A program made the translations under genes and the position numbers. A DNA stretch of 64,000 nucleotides from Phoronis australis (lineage: Eukaryota > Animalia > Phoronida): positions 1,091,001-1,155,000 of the forward strand of contig NMRA01000013.1 of assembly GCA_002633005.1 (NCBI GenBank). Direction: 5' to 3'. Of the stretch, positions 1 to 10,673 are shown one piece after another. The notes under the pieces were generated by a model. The model saw nothing but the letters and a program-made list of their open reading frames with translations. It made no database searches and was not told the origin of the DNA. Within the stretch, counting starts at the first letter, position 1. Every line of letters begins with the position of its first letter.

Positions 1-914
1 ACCCTACAAACTTTCTTGACAGCCCTGAAAATGACACGTCGGCGCTGTTTTTATCGTGCGCATAGGGGAGACCTGGGCCACCTCGGACCCCCTCAATCCA
101 CCTATGGATGGCGTTAGTTTCAAAACCTCCTTCGTCCATTTGCTTGTGAAACGCAAACAAGGTAATTGTCCTCTGACCTAGACTGTGATTGGCAAATACT
201 CACACGACGATCGCCACATTACGGATGACCTACAGTAGTTCAAGAATTTCTGGTGTTGCGTGCGTCTGAAATTCGCCCACTCATGCCCAGGTAGTGGTCG
301 CCCCCGAGGGGAAACTTGAAGCTACGGAGATACCCGAAGTTTTCCGGTTGGGTTTGATTGTGACCAATCCAGGGCTGAGTTAATTCCGTAGACGCAATAA
401 TCTCGCGAAGGAAGCTAGCCCTATGTCTATAGTAAAAATAAATACAAAATACCAATCGAAGCTCCTGAGTATTATCCATTCATTGGGAAACGTGCTTAGA
501 GCAAAAAGAGTCACTGCTGCGCAATTGAGATGTCGATTCTATCATAAAGCTAATGACGCTAAGCTTTCGGTTTCCAGTACCGAAGCAGTCCCCAGTGCAA
601 AATTTAGAACTACTTATGGGATAGCGATCAGAGGCCAGTGAATAGACATTGACAGTTGCTATGAGTGTAGCCCGGGGACGAGAAGGGTAGCCTGGGAGGC
701 CACAGGAGGGGAAGGAATGGGTAGCAATCGGGGAGGAGGCGTCGTTAGTAACTCTTCCTGGTAACGAGGGGCTCCCATAGCTTCACGTCCCGGCCACAAA
801 AGTGGATCCGCCACTGAGAGCAAAGGCAGGTCATCATACATGCGGAATCTTCAATCTTGTAAACAGAAAACATTGTTAGCACGCACTGGCATTATGGATT
901 GGTGTAAGGCTTAC

Positions 915-1098
915 CTGAAAGACGGTGCCTCTATGTTGGTATAGCTGAGAGCTAAGAGGGCATGTAGAGAATCAAGGTTCTGAATGAAGGTGGCGATGTT
1001 GTCGCCCAGTGTTTGCAGCATCTTGTCGTAACCCACATTGCAGCAGTATTCGAAGAAGTATTCACCAAACGCTTCCAGAACACTGTCGACCGGTAACC
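915..1098 (-). CDS. GUCY1B2: Soluble guanylate cyclase beta-2-like, H-NOX coding exon (residues 60-121, includes proximal heme His105)
   Basis: 184-nt exon with ccatag| acceptor and AG|gtaag donor. Translates (G)LPVDSVLEAFGEYFFEYCCNVGYDKMLQTLGDNIATFIQNLDSLHALLALSYTNIEAPSF(R). GYD.ML.TLG, NLD.LH, LALSY and APSFR are sGC beta motifs, closest to the beta-2 type. Orthology was not tested. Confidence 0.93.
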
Positions 1099-1199
1099 CT
1101 ATGGACGGGCAAAGAGATAAGTAAAGTGACGAGTGGAGGTCCTGAGAACGGACAGTCGACACATCTGTAACCTCCTTTAAATGGACGCTAAACCTGTTT

Positions 1200-1512
1200 T
1201 AGCGACTCTAAGCCCACCTTCCATCACAAAAACAAGTTTTGATTAAGACTACTAAATCCCATTTTTACAGAACATGCAAAGAACTAATAGTTCGTTATTC
1301 ACCTTCCCACCATGCTCGCACATAAAATGACTCGCCGCGACAAGCCAAGTTCTGGAGCCTGGCCTCAACAATTAAAGAACTTTTATTTCTTTCAGAGTCC
1401 TGAAATCAACCCTGATTTGACTAAGGATCAATTTGAGATCAGTCTCATAACGGTAAGTGGTCTAAATCAAAAGTTGATTGCTGAGATGGAAGTTGGGTTC
1501 ATTACCGCTTGA
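1200..1512. mobile_element. Degenerate MITE (Kolobok-like), same family as 3488-3795
   Basis: Imperfect inverted ends (agcccaccttccatcacaaaaac...tttgattaagac versus ggtctaaatcaaaag...gatggaagttggg). 1380-1510 matches 3490-3620 in reverse orientation. Confidence 0.5.
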
Positions 1513-1559
1513 ACTGACAAGATCATTGGCAAAGAATTCAGTTAATAGCGGACTTTTCA

Positions 1560-2090
1560 CATTGGCGCTCTCTAGAGTAATAAGAGTAAAAAAGGGATTC
1601 CCCCCGATCCCAAATCACATTCGGTGCACAGTAACTCAGTCACATCACAGTGGTTCATTAATTTAAAAGCGGAAAAATAAATCCGACTGCCAATGCCTCC
1701 CGTTATTTGATTTGGCCGTTTTCAGTAATTTAGTTTAGCTTCTTGACATTGGCTATGATCCTGCTTTAACTTGTTTGCAGGCGCGGATTCTTCTCCGCAA
1801 TTGCAAATGTATGGGGTGTCATATCCTTCATCCATGGTTGTTTCAAGAGGTTTGCCATCCTCCGTAAGACATTAGTACATCCCACGCCATATCAATGAAA
1901 ATTTCCCGCCGTTATGAGAGCAGAAAAGGTGTTAAGACGATGTTTGTAGGTTGAAACCACCCGTCCGAATAACATGGGATTTGTAGGTGGCGCTGAACGC
2001 CTGCCCACATAAGAAATGGTCGCAGTTAGTGACAGGAAAGTGATTTTCAATATGGCGCGGCTATTTCGAAAATCAGCTATTTTGCCGAAT
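1560..2090. repeat. Interspersed repeat, diverged direct copy of 5200-5665
   Basis: Colinear shared blocks: attggcgctctcta, actgcca..cctccc, ttgaca..ggct..gatc, gtaagacatt, aggtggcgctga.cgcctg, ggctattt.gaaaatcagctatt. Confidence 0.7.
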
Positions 2091-3201
2091 GATAATCGGC
2101 GATTTATAATAACGTCACAAAACACAACAATATTACAGCTCTGACCAAAGCTAATAACTTGATATGAAAGCTATCATATCCAACAAGAATCCCGGCATGC
2201 ATTTTTCTGACCCATTTAATTGTACAATTACACGATTCCATCAGTTACGTCATTCTTAAAAGGAGGCTATGTTTGGTCTTTCGATCAAATGTCGACCGCT
2301 CGTAGTCGGCCAGCTACCACTTTATTACCCAGAAACCGTTATGGACACATTTTGGAAATAGAATCCAAGAGATGTTCGTAATGGCCAAAGGAACAATAGA
2401 TGATGTTTTGGGAAAGATGGCCATGTTTTGGGTTCGAGACGGTCGCTTGTAATGCGAATTAGTCGACAAACGTCATTTTGTTTATGATGTTATTTGGACA
2501 AATAAAGGAGTTATAAGCCAGTATAAAGGAGTCAATATTTGAAACTACTATGGTAATGACATTTCAAATTTTGTTTCGTATTTTTTAAAGCCTCGCAGGC
2601 TTCGACTTTACCACTGCACCACCAGCACGTCAACGAAATCGAAGAGCTTTTAAACTTTTCCATGTCATCCGGGTTCTGACGTTAATAAGTAACCGCAAAT
2701 ATAAGCCACCCTGTGAATGTAAAACTTGAGTCAAGGCATAGCATTCCGCCATCATCCTATTGCACAAAAGTTGTTTTTGAAATTCTAAAACGTCCATTGG
2801 TTTTCAATACACCTCATTTGCGCAGACTTAAGCGCATGCATGCTGCGCGTGCTGACACGCAGCTTGCGATCGCATTGATCAACCAAAACGAGATTAAATT
2901 CTGTAGATTGTTTTGTATGAAAACGGCCATTGTACGACCCATATACATGATATCGATTGTTCCGTTGTCCGTGTCAAGGACGTTTTTTCAAAGTCTCTCC
3001 ACAATGTTTAAGAATAAACGGTAGGTGGCTGACCCAACGAATAATCGACATACAATCGAAGCCAATTATAGCTTTCTTCCATGAATTACTTTGTAAATAC
3101 AATTATAAAACACAATTATTTACTTTCACCCTAGCTCGGTTTTTTCAGACGCCAAAAATATGATAATGATCTCGGTGAAAGTAATTAATTTTTGCGCTCA
3201 G

Positions 3202-3270
3202 TGACACGCTGGAGGCGCAGTGGTAAAGTCGAGAGTTTCAAAATGAGAGAGACCGGGTTCGAATCTCGGT
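3202..3270 (+). mobile_element. tRNA-like (SINE-type) head
   Basis: Box A-like tggaggcgcagtggt and box B ggttcgaatc. No complete cloverleaf. A partial inverted copy lies at 2601-2632. Confidence 0.6.
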
Positions 3271-3487
3271 GAAGCAATTGTAACTACAAGAAAGATTTGT
3301 AAAGGAAACTTTAAAACGGCGTTACAATGGCAGTGGTCAATATTGTGATTTATGGACTCTTTCTTTAATAGTGGCTGATACCTTCTGTCTAAATCAAATA
3401 GTAATATTTAATTACCCTAATTGCTATTTCAATTGGTTTGCCTTTTCGTTTCATCTGTAAACGTGTTGAAATCATTTCCGTGTTTAA

Positions 3488-3795
3488 AGCGGCTACAAGC
3501 CCACTTTTCATCACAAAAATATTTTTTTGATTTAGACCATTTACCGTTATGAAATTAATCATCAAATTCTCCCTTTGACGAAAAGCTGACAGTTTGTTGT
3601 TGTTTGAGACCAGGCTCTGAAAGTTGGCTTGTCACTTGTGTCCATCAGTGTGGTCTCGAGGAATGACGGAATGTCAGTTATTTGCAAACCAAGAAATCAG
3701 TTCTGAGTAAGGAGCAACTAACCCCGATTTTATAGCAGAAAGTGGATAAAACTAAAGTTTCGTTTCTAGGGCGGAACGAAGGTTTATGGCAGCTT
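3488..3795. mobile_element. TTAA-flanked MITE (Kolobok-like), degenerate
   Basis: ttaa|agcggc...gcagct(t)|ttaa ends and homology to 1200-1512. Confidence 0.45.
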
Positions 3796-4086
3796 TTAAA
3801 GGCATTTTAAAACGTTAATGAGAAACCAAATTAATGTCATTCTCTTTGTTCCTAAGAATACAATTTAGAATTGGAAATTGTAATAGTAAACCAGGTGCCG
3901 TAGCGTATCACCGACTTAAAATGATGTCTATTATTTAACGCTATACAATACTCGATTTGGCAACCTTCAGGTCGCCATTGCGATTTCAAATGTGCTTGGC
4001 GACCTGGAAAAAATACCAAGTCGCCACGAAGTCGCCAAAGCGAGTATCAAACTCAGACAATCATTTCCCCGAAATTCGTTTTAATG

Positions 4087-4195
4087 TTTGTGGTGAATTC
4101 TTAACTTTAAATTACTAGACGCGACACCTTTTGTTCAAAAATTTGTGGTGAATTCCTAACGTTAAATTACTAGACACGACACCTTTTGTTCACAA
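4087..4195. repeat. Tandem duplication, 55-bp unit x2
   Basis: tttgtggtgaattc.taac.ttaaattactagac.cgacaccttttgttca starts at 4087 and at 4142. Confidence 0.9.
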
Positions 4196-5199
4196 TTGCT
4201 CCGTTTATTTCGTCAAACACGTGCTTAAATTACATCATGAAGTAAACAGACAGAAGTCGGAATTGTTCGGCAAAGCTCGGGAAACATCCAGTGTATGGAC
4301 CGTCCGCGTTCTATCTTCGTTGTCCGAAGGAATTGACTTTTCAATTGAATGGTGCATACGTGCGTTTTTATGAGGAGAAATTTGGGAAAGCATGCGTACG
4401 TTGCTGAGAACGGGAGACGGCACGAACTTTTTTATTCGACGATTTTGACGTAGTTGTTGGCGACCTCAGATTTCGTTTGGTAAATCGTCAACCTGAGCGT
4501 CGAGCACTGTTAGTATACAGTTGTTAAGTACGTGCTGTTTTTTAGAGAGGTATGAGTTCTTTTTCCGTAGTAAGGGTTTTGCAAAGGTTCGAACGCCACC
4601 GCTGCACATTTTATAAACAGCCCAAACAGAACGCGCAACTAAATGCGCTGTACTGGGCTGCGTTCGCGATATCTCGTGATGACTTGCGCGAATTTGTGTT
4701 TCGGCGAATATACGCAAAGCATCACAGGTGTACAGTACAATTGCCATTAAAAACGGTGTAGTGGCAAAAAAGATGAATACATGTAAGCATCTTATGACGA
4801 AAATAAGATAATCGGCAGGTAAAAAGGCTAGGTGGTAACGTATTTTCAGAATGTGGTTTACCAATTAACATGAACGCATCCTGTTGACATCGCAATCACA
4901 TTCTATTTTTTCCAGTAATTTATTCATTTTGTCACAGTTATCATAAGTATCCCTGCAAGTTGCATAGTACTTCAAGCCACTCAATAAGCGTACTTGTTGC
5001 ATGACAACAGTGACTACGAAGGATTTGATGATTTGAGTTGCCACCAGACACCTGTTTTGCTCCTAGGCGCTGATTATGCAACTGCATTAGTAAAATTCGC
5101 CAATTCTTTTTGTTCAATTTCTAGATACACGAGTGCAAACTTATCTCCCAGCCCTGCAACAAAGGCCTAAGGCCTGAGCCAAACGGGGAATGTTCATAT

Positions 5200-5665
5200 T
5201 TATTGGCGCTCTCTATATAGTAATTAGAGAGCACGAAAGTGACTTCCGATTGATTCCGTCTCAGATTTTGTGGTCAGTGAAATATATAAGCCCATTATTA
5301 AATTCCACTGCCAGCCCCTCCCATTGTTTGATAAGTTAAAGTTCACTAATTTATTTTAGCGTTTTGACACAGGCTGGGATCGAAATTCCCCCGCTTTATC
5401 GGCGACAGCCTCTGGCTTTGTCGCGGATACAGCTTAATTCCCAGTGGGACATGTATGGGACAGGACGTCCTTGCTCATCAATTGATATTTCAAAAGGTTT
5501 GTCTTTTTTGTAAGACATTTCTACACCCCACCGCCATTATAAAAGCAAGAAATGTATTAAAATTCCGTTGATACTAACAGGTGGCGCTGATCGCCTGTCC
5601 ACCAAAGACCTGTTCGCCGTCTGGCGGGTTAGTGAAGACGAGGCTATTTGGAAAATCAGCTATTG
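5200..5665. repeat. Interspersed repeat, diverged direct copy of 1560-2090
   Basis: Same ordered motif blocks as 1560-2090. Confidence 0.7.
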
Positions 5666-6975
5666 GACGGAAAGCACAAGTCAAATATGATTCAAACTCT
5701 GAAAATTGATCTGACGTTAGCCAACCTTTTCGCGTGTTTCAAAGATTTTCGAGGTTACGTCCGAGTTCTCAGTTATTCCGCTGGATAACAATAACAGTCG
5801 CCGCTAACTGGATATGTGGACTGTGAATGCGTTTTTTTTACAAATTTGCCGCCCTTAGTTCGTCGTCTGGCCAACTTTTCACCTAACTTTCGGCAGACAG
5901 AAGTTGGCGGAGAAAAGTGTGTGTGTGGACACTTTTTCACGGTAAAAGTTGGTCCCAAGTCGGACTGACTGAAGTCTGAGGAAGGCTGCCAAGGCTGCTC
6001 TTTTCAGATCACTCAAGATCAACATAGGATCGTCGCGGTTAGTGACGTACGAGTAAGTGAGTGGCCTTACTAGCATACGCTTGCAAAGTGAAAGCAGGCC
6101 ATGACGTAACTGGACGGCCAGTCGGAAATATACGGGGAAGTACTCGCCATATTGTTTGTTATAAATCGAGACTTCTCACTGTATGTGTCTCGCGAGTGAC
6201 CAAAGTTACAGAACGAGATCCTGCGTGCGTTTCAGTGCTAACATACAGAGCAGCAAATGCCCGGATGCTCCTTGACAAATACATATGCAGGCAGAGAGAC
6301 CTTTTCTTTGCAAATACTGGCTACGACGGAAGTAACACCGCGTTCAGATGACGTTTGATCAGAAGGCAAATTAGTCGCTTAAAACGAACATTCACAAAGG
6401 CATCTTATCAGTGGTCTTGACATAACATTAAAGTACGAAATGTTAAAAAACGGTCAGTCACATGTGATCACCATGGACGAACACAGTCAAACGAAAAGAT
6501 ACGCCGCTGAATGTAGACAACTTCTCACCGTAAGAAAGCAGGTCTGGTGGATTACAAGAAGTTAGATCAGACGCAAACATTCACGTGTGAAAACACTTTC
6601 AGCCGGCAGATCAGGTATCTGATTTGCCTTTTGGTCGGAGGCATATGATCGCTGCATTAAAGTGGCATAGAACGTAAAAAACAGACAAATTGCAGTATTC
6701 AAAGTGGTTCTCTGCCACTGAAGTCAAATTGTTCACCAGTTATTTTTACGGTTTGCTCGCAAAGATTTTGAATTTTTTTCTTTTAATTTCAAAAAATGAT
6801 CTGTCAACTGCTCGTCACTTAGTCGATTTTTGTCCCACACGGCAAAGCACCACACCTTATTTGGTATAGCAAGACTTATAGACGTAGCACATGGAAAATG
6901 TGACCGACCTTTGACTTAAACAAAACAATGACGTTTTCAAGCATAGCTAGTTCGACTTCGTTCAGAGCATGCGCG

Positions 6976-6981
6976 TATATA

Positions 6982-7017
<36 letters not shown>

Positions 7018-7082
7018 TGTATGTATGTATGCATGTATGTATGTATGTATGCATGTATGCATGCATGCATGCATGCATGCAT
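6976..7082. repeat. Compound microsatellite (TA)n-(TATG)n-(TGCA)n
   Basis: Directly visible. Lies in the sGC intron about 75 nt from the donor of exon 7156-7256. Confidence 0.97.
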
Positions 7083-7155
7083 TATTCTTTAGTGCATTGC
7101 TTTATACTTATACGAACTTACTAAATAACCAAATAATAGTAAACATCAAACAAAC

Positions 7156-7256
7156 CTGATACTTCGGAAACAGCACCCACTAGCGCCAATGTTTCAGTGT
7201 CTGGGTAATAGTGGAAGGTCATAAAGGCAGTGACCTCGTCCAGCTTACAAACTTCC
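7156..7256 (-). CDS. GUCY1B2: sGC beta-2-like H-NOX coding exon (residues 26-60)
   Basis: 101-nt exon with tttcag| acceptor and G|gtttgt donor. Translates EVCKLDEVTAFMTFHYYPDTETLALVGAVSEVS. Phase 2 in and phase 1 out match both neighbouring exons. Not in the ORF track. Confidence 0.9.
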
Positions 7257-7472
7257 CTGAAATCAAGCGTACATTGATGTTATAATTCATAAGCCCGAGC
7301 GGAGACCGACAAAGCAACAAAGTGCCACAAGCAAAAGAAGCAAACTGGTGAGTGGACTTTTTTGTCAAGCGGAGCAGTCTTGTCCAGCAACTTTGAGAAT
7401 GGGTCGTCTTGACGTTGTGCTTTTACTATATTAAAATGTTGTATTTGGGATGTTTGCCTATGATATACTTAC

Positions 7473-7546
7473 AATATCTTGTCCCAGGCTTCTTGCCCAA
7501 ATTTCTCCAACACCAGCGCCCTCACGCAACAATGAATTTGTCCGTA
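7473..7546 (-). CDS. GUCY1B2: sGC beta-2-like H-NOX coding exon (residues 2-26)
   Basis: 74-nt exon with ctttttccag| acceptor and TT|gtaagt donor. Translates YGQIHCCVRALVLEKFGQEAWDKI(L), the typical (M)YG...LV..KFG...W..I H-NOX N-terminus. Confidence 0.92.
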
Positions 7547-7646
7547 CTGGAAAAAGATGTGGAGAAGTCAAAATACAAAGTTATAGATTTCTAAAACGGG
7601 CAACGAGTAGCGAGTGTCGATCCGATTTCTTGATTGTGCAAATTAA

Positions 7647-8275
7647 AGGAGAATGGCACCCAAAAACAACCTATTTTGTATCAATTTAGATCGAGTAGTT
7701 CCAAGTTCAGTAGTTTTACCTGACACCTAACGGCAGACAGAGGTGTTGAAATTAACCAATGACGCAATCGGTTCGAACGCAGTCTGTTCAGCCGTTCACA
7801 ACACGCTTACTGGTGTCAACTTATCGCTTGAATTCATCGTTTTACACCAATGAATCATCAAAATTCGATGTAAACCCCTTACAAATACATCGAGGTCTTG
7901 AACAAACGTGTTGTTTTATTTTACTGTTACGTACAGTAGCCTACAGAGTTCGGTAGGCCAATTTACCATGGTCGATCGCGGGAGTTTGGGTCTGTTCGTA
8001 CTTTTCATTCTTCACTACCCCCAGTCACTTCCTAAGCATTTCGGGCTCTCAGTTTCTTTGCAGCTTCATAGTTCGGACAAGCAGGAACGATGCAGTGTAA
8101 TATAGCGGCATTCACTCTGCAGATGAACCACTGACGTAGCTGCGTTATTTCTCACCTTCCTCACAGGTTAACGCGACACCTCTCGGCAAGGTGAGGTCGA
8201 TCGTATAAGAGGCGATGTGGATATTGACCGATTAAGACGGCAAAAAAGACTTATTAAATCGGGTAGCATTCTCCT
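7647..8275. mobile_element. Non-autonomous Kolobok-type element (TTAA TSD)
   Basis: ttaa|aggagaatggcaccc ... gggtagcattctcct|ttaa. 15-bp TIR with 2 mismatches, RR...YY termini. Confidence 0.75.
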
Positions 8276-8582
8276 TTAAAGACCGAACGAAAATTGAAAG
8301 CAATTTGTCCCGTCTTGGAATCAATCCGGTGAAGTTAATTTCCTAGTCAGCATAATGAAATGGTTGGAACAAGACAAACAACACATGTATCTTCCACAGC
8401 AAGTGTCACTCCATTGGCGACCACTCTACCTAGAAGTAACAGCGCAAACGGAAATTTAGTGAAAGTATTTAGTTATTATACAGCATACATTAAAGACTAT
8501 CAATATTTTACAATTCTTGCAATGAATGTTTTCTGCAACAGTTGCTACATGTGTTCCCAAACACCTTACGCTAACATTTTAA

Positions 8583-10082
8583 AGTCCTTCTCTCACGCGT
8601 TGTTAACCCTTATTACATGGTTAGAGGATGTTATAGGGACCTAAGAAGTACTTACCCCATAAATAATACACAATTCGTACTCGAAAAAAGTTTAAATGAA
8701 CGCGCCACTCACGATTCGCACCCGAAGAACGACCGCCATTTTGAACTTGCCGCGAACCCGGAAGTACAATTCATTCAGGAACCCAGGCCGAGAAAACGCC
8801 GTCAGTGCGACTGGAGCAGTGCCTGTACTGTTGCCAGCCAGCAAACAGGGATAAAATAATCGACAGCGCGCCTTAACAATTTTATCGAATTTGCTGAAGA
8901 AATGTGGCGAATAAATTTTGACAGAAATTATTTTGTCAGACTCGGGACCGCAGCCTATCGGACCCGGTGCGGATCGAGACCAGACACTGGCGAACGGTAA
9001 ATGCATGCGGTTGCAAGCTGTTTTGTCGAAGTAAAATGGTCAAATCATAAATGCTGCATATATTCAAGGGTAGTTTCAGACACTTGCATGAAATTACGGG
9101 CACAAAAAACACGAAAATTGAACAAAGTTTCTTTTTTGTAGCAACGTTTGGCAAAATGTATCAACGTTAAATCTTGACAAAATACAAAGTAGCCGATTGA
9201 ACATGCCTTTCAGTTCAGCAAAAGTCGCCATGTTGTCGGTGCCGCCAGAAATGAGACAAAGTCCAACGGGAATTGTGAGCACATTTCACTTAATGAGTAA
9301 CAACTGCGAGGCTGAAATTTGGTGAACACTTTTAAATCGTGCAGAATAGTAAGTAAAGATATGTTTAACTAAATTTCACCGTAATTTGTTGGCGAAAACA
9401 AATTACACAAAGTTTTGAACTCCTAACTTATCCCGCTGTCCTCCAATATGGCCGACGCGATCCAAACAAAGTGACCCCGAAATTTTGCCACAAAACTTGC
9501 AATAACTTTACACTGCTTGACCCGATTTTGATACTTTTTCGATTTTTACTGAGTAGAATGTACTACCTTTCCGATGATAGCAAAGTACTTTTTCAAAACG
9601 AGAAAAAAAATAAAACCGAAAAAAATTGGTTCGACCCATATTGGTTCCTAGGTTCGACCGGCCTACATAAGGAACTAAACACCAATGCTATTTTAACATA
9701 CTAAGTACGTGTAACATTCCAAAAAATCAACGACCATTAACTAAAAACTATAAATACACTACATATGCAAACGAATCACGACATATTGCTAATAAAACAA
9801 AATAATGAAGACTTTTCGAGCAAGCGTTAGCACATTCAGTTACAAGGAAAAAATGGCGGCGTTCAGGACAAGTTCCTGAACTGATGAGCCGGAAATGTGG
9901 GTACGGAAATAACCGATGACAGCCGGTAATTATACGCTCTCAGAGAAGGGTCAAATACTGTTAAAAAATCGCGTTTGGCAAGAAAGGCGAAACGAATATA
10001 AGGAAAGGGTGACGAAAGTAAGAATTTATGTAGTAAGTATTTTCGGATACTGGAACCACATGGGCAGTTTGAGAGAAGGACT
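8583..10082. mobile_element. Non-autonomous Kolobok-type element, 1.5 kb
   Basis: ttaa|agtccttctctca ... tgagagaaggact|ttaa, a perfect 13-bp TIR. The first ~510 bp are homologous to 18162-18635. Confidence 0.85.
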
Positions 10083-10179
10083 TTAAGATTCCGGAACATT
10101 AGCTCTACAAAACCGTGACATTGTGACCCTGACCCAGGGTGGCGCTACATCACGTGATATTGGTCGCTAGTTCCTTAAG

Positions 10180-10673
10180 CAGGTATCACGCAGTAGCGCG
10201 CGCTTTAGCATTGGTTGATGTAACCTCGGCAGTCATTGGTTAGCATTACAACAACGTGAAAAAATGGCGGACTATGAACGATTTTTAGCCTTGTCATGCA
10301 AGTGGCGTAGCAGCAGCTATTTCGTTTCTGCAGCAATGTTTATTGGCCGCGTGTTTGAAACACATACATGTACAATAAACACATATTATCTGGCCGATTT
10401 GTCCGGTGTGTTATTCATACTGCATGAATACAGGACAAAAGTCATCGACAGTAGAAAGATGCACTCCGAAAAGGCGCAACCACAATTTCTGGGATTCACA
10501 TTTCCTGAACATGAAGTTTAAGCACCGATTTGTCTGTACAACTGACCACTTTTACACTTCCTCCATTAGTCATGCCAGTTTGTTTGCGTAAAGCGCTGCC
10601 TGTTGAGAATTCGACCAGCCAATCAGAAACGCCGGCGTAAAAAAATTTCCCAACGAAAATTAAGTGATACCTG
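10180..10673. mobile_element. Putative MITE
   Basis: 10-bp TIR caggtatcac / gtgatacctg with inward attgg/ccaat motifs. No clear TSD. Confidence 0.4.

Noticed and set aside
659-841. Pro-rich minus-strand ORF just downstream of the 915-1098 exon as the next sGC exon
   Set aside because: No YxSxR or other H-NOX motif, no convincing acceptor, and the frame required after the nearest aag hits a stop.
1099-1162. N-terminal part of ORF 911-1162 (MSTVRSQDLH...)
   Set aside because: It is intron read-through: a pyrimidine-rich tract and AG acceptor at 1099-1100.
6876-7082. ORF MHACMHACIHAYIHTY...
   Set aside because: Translation of the microsatellite.
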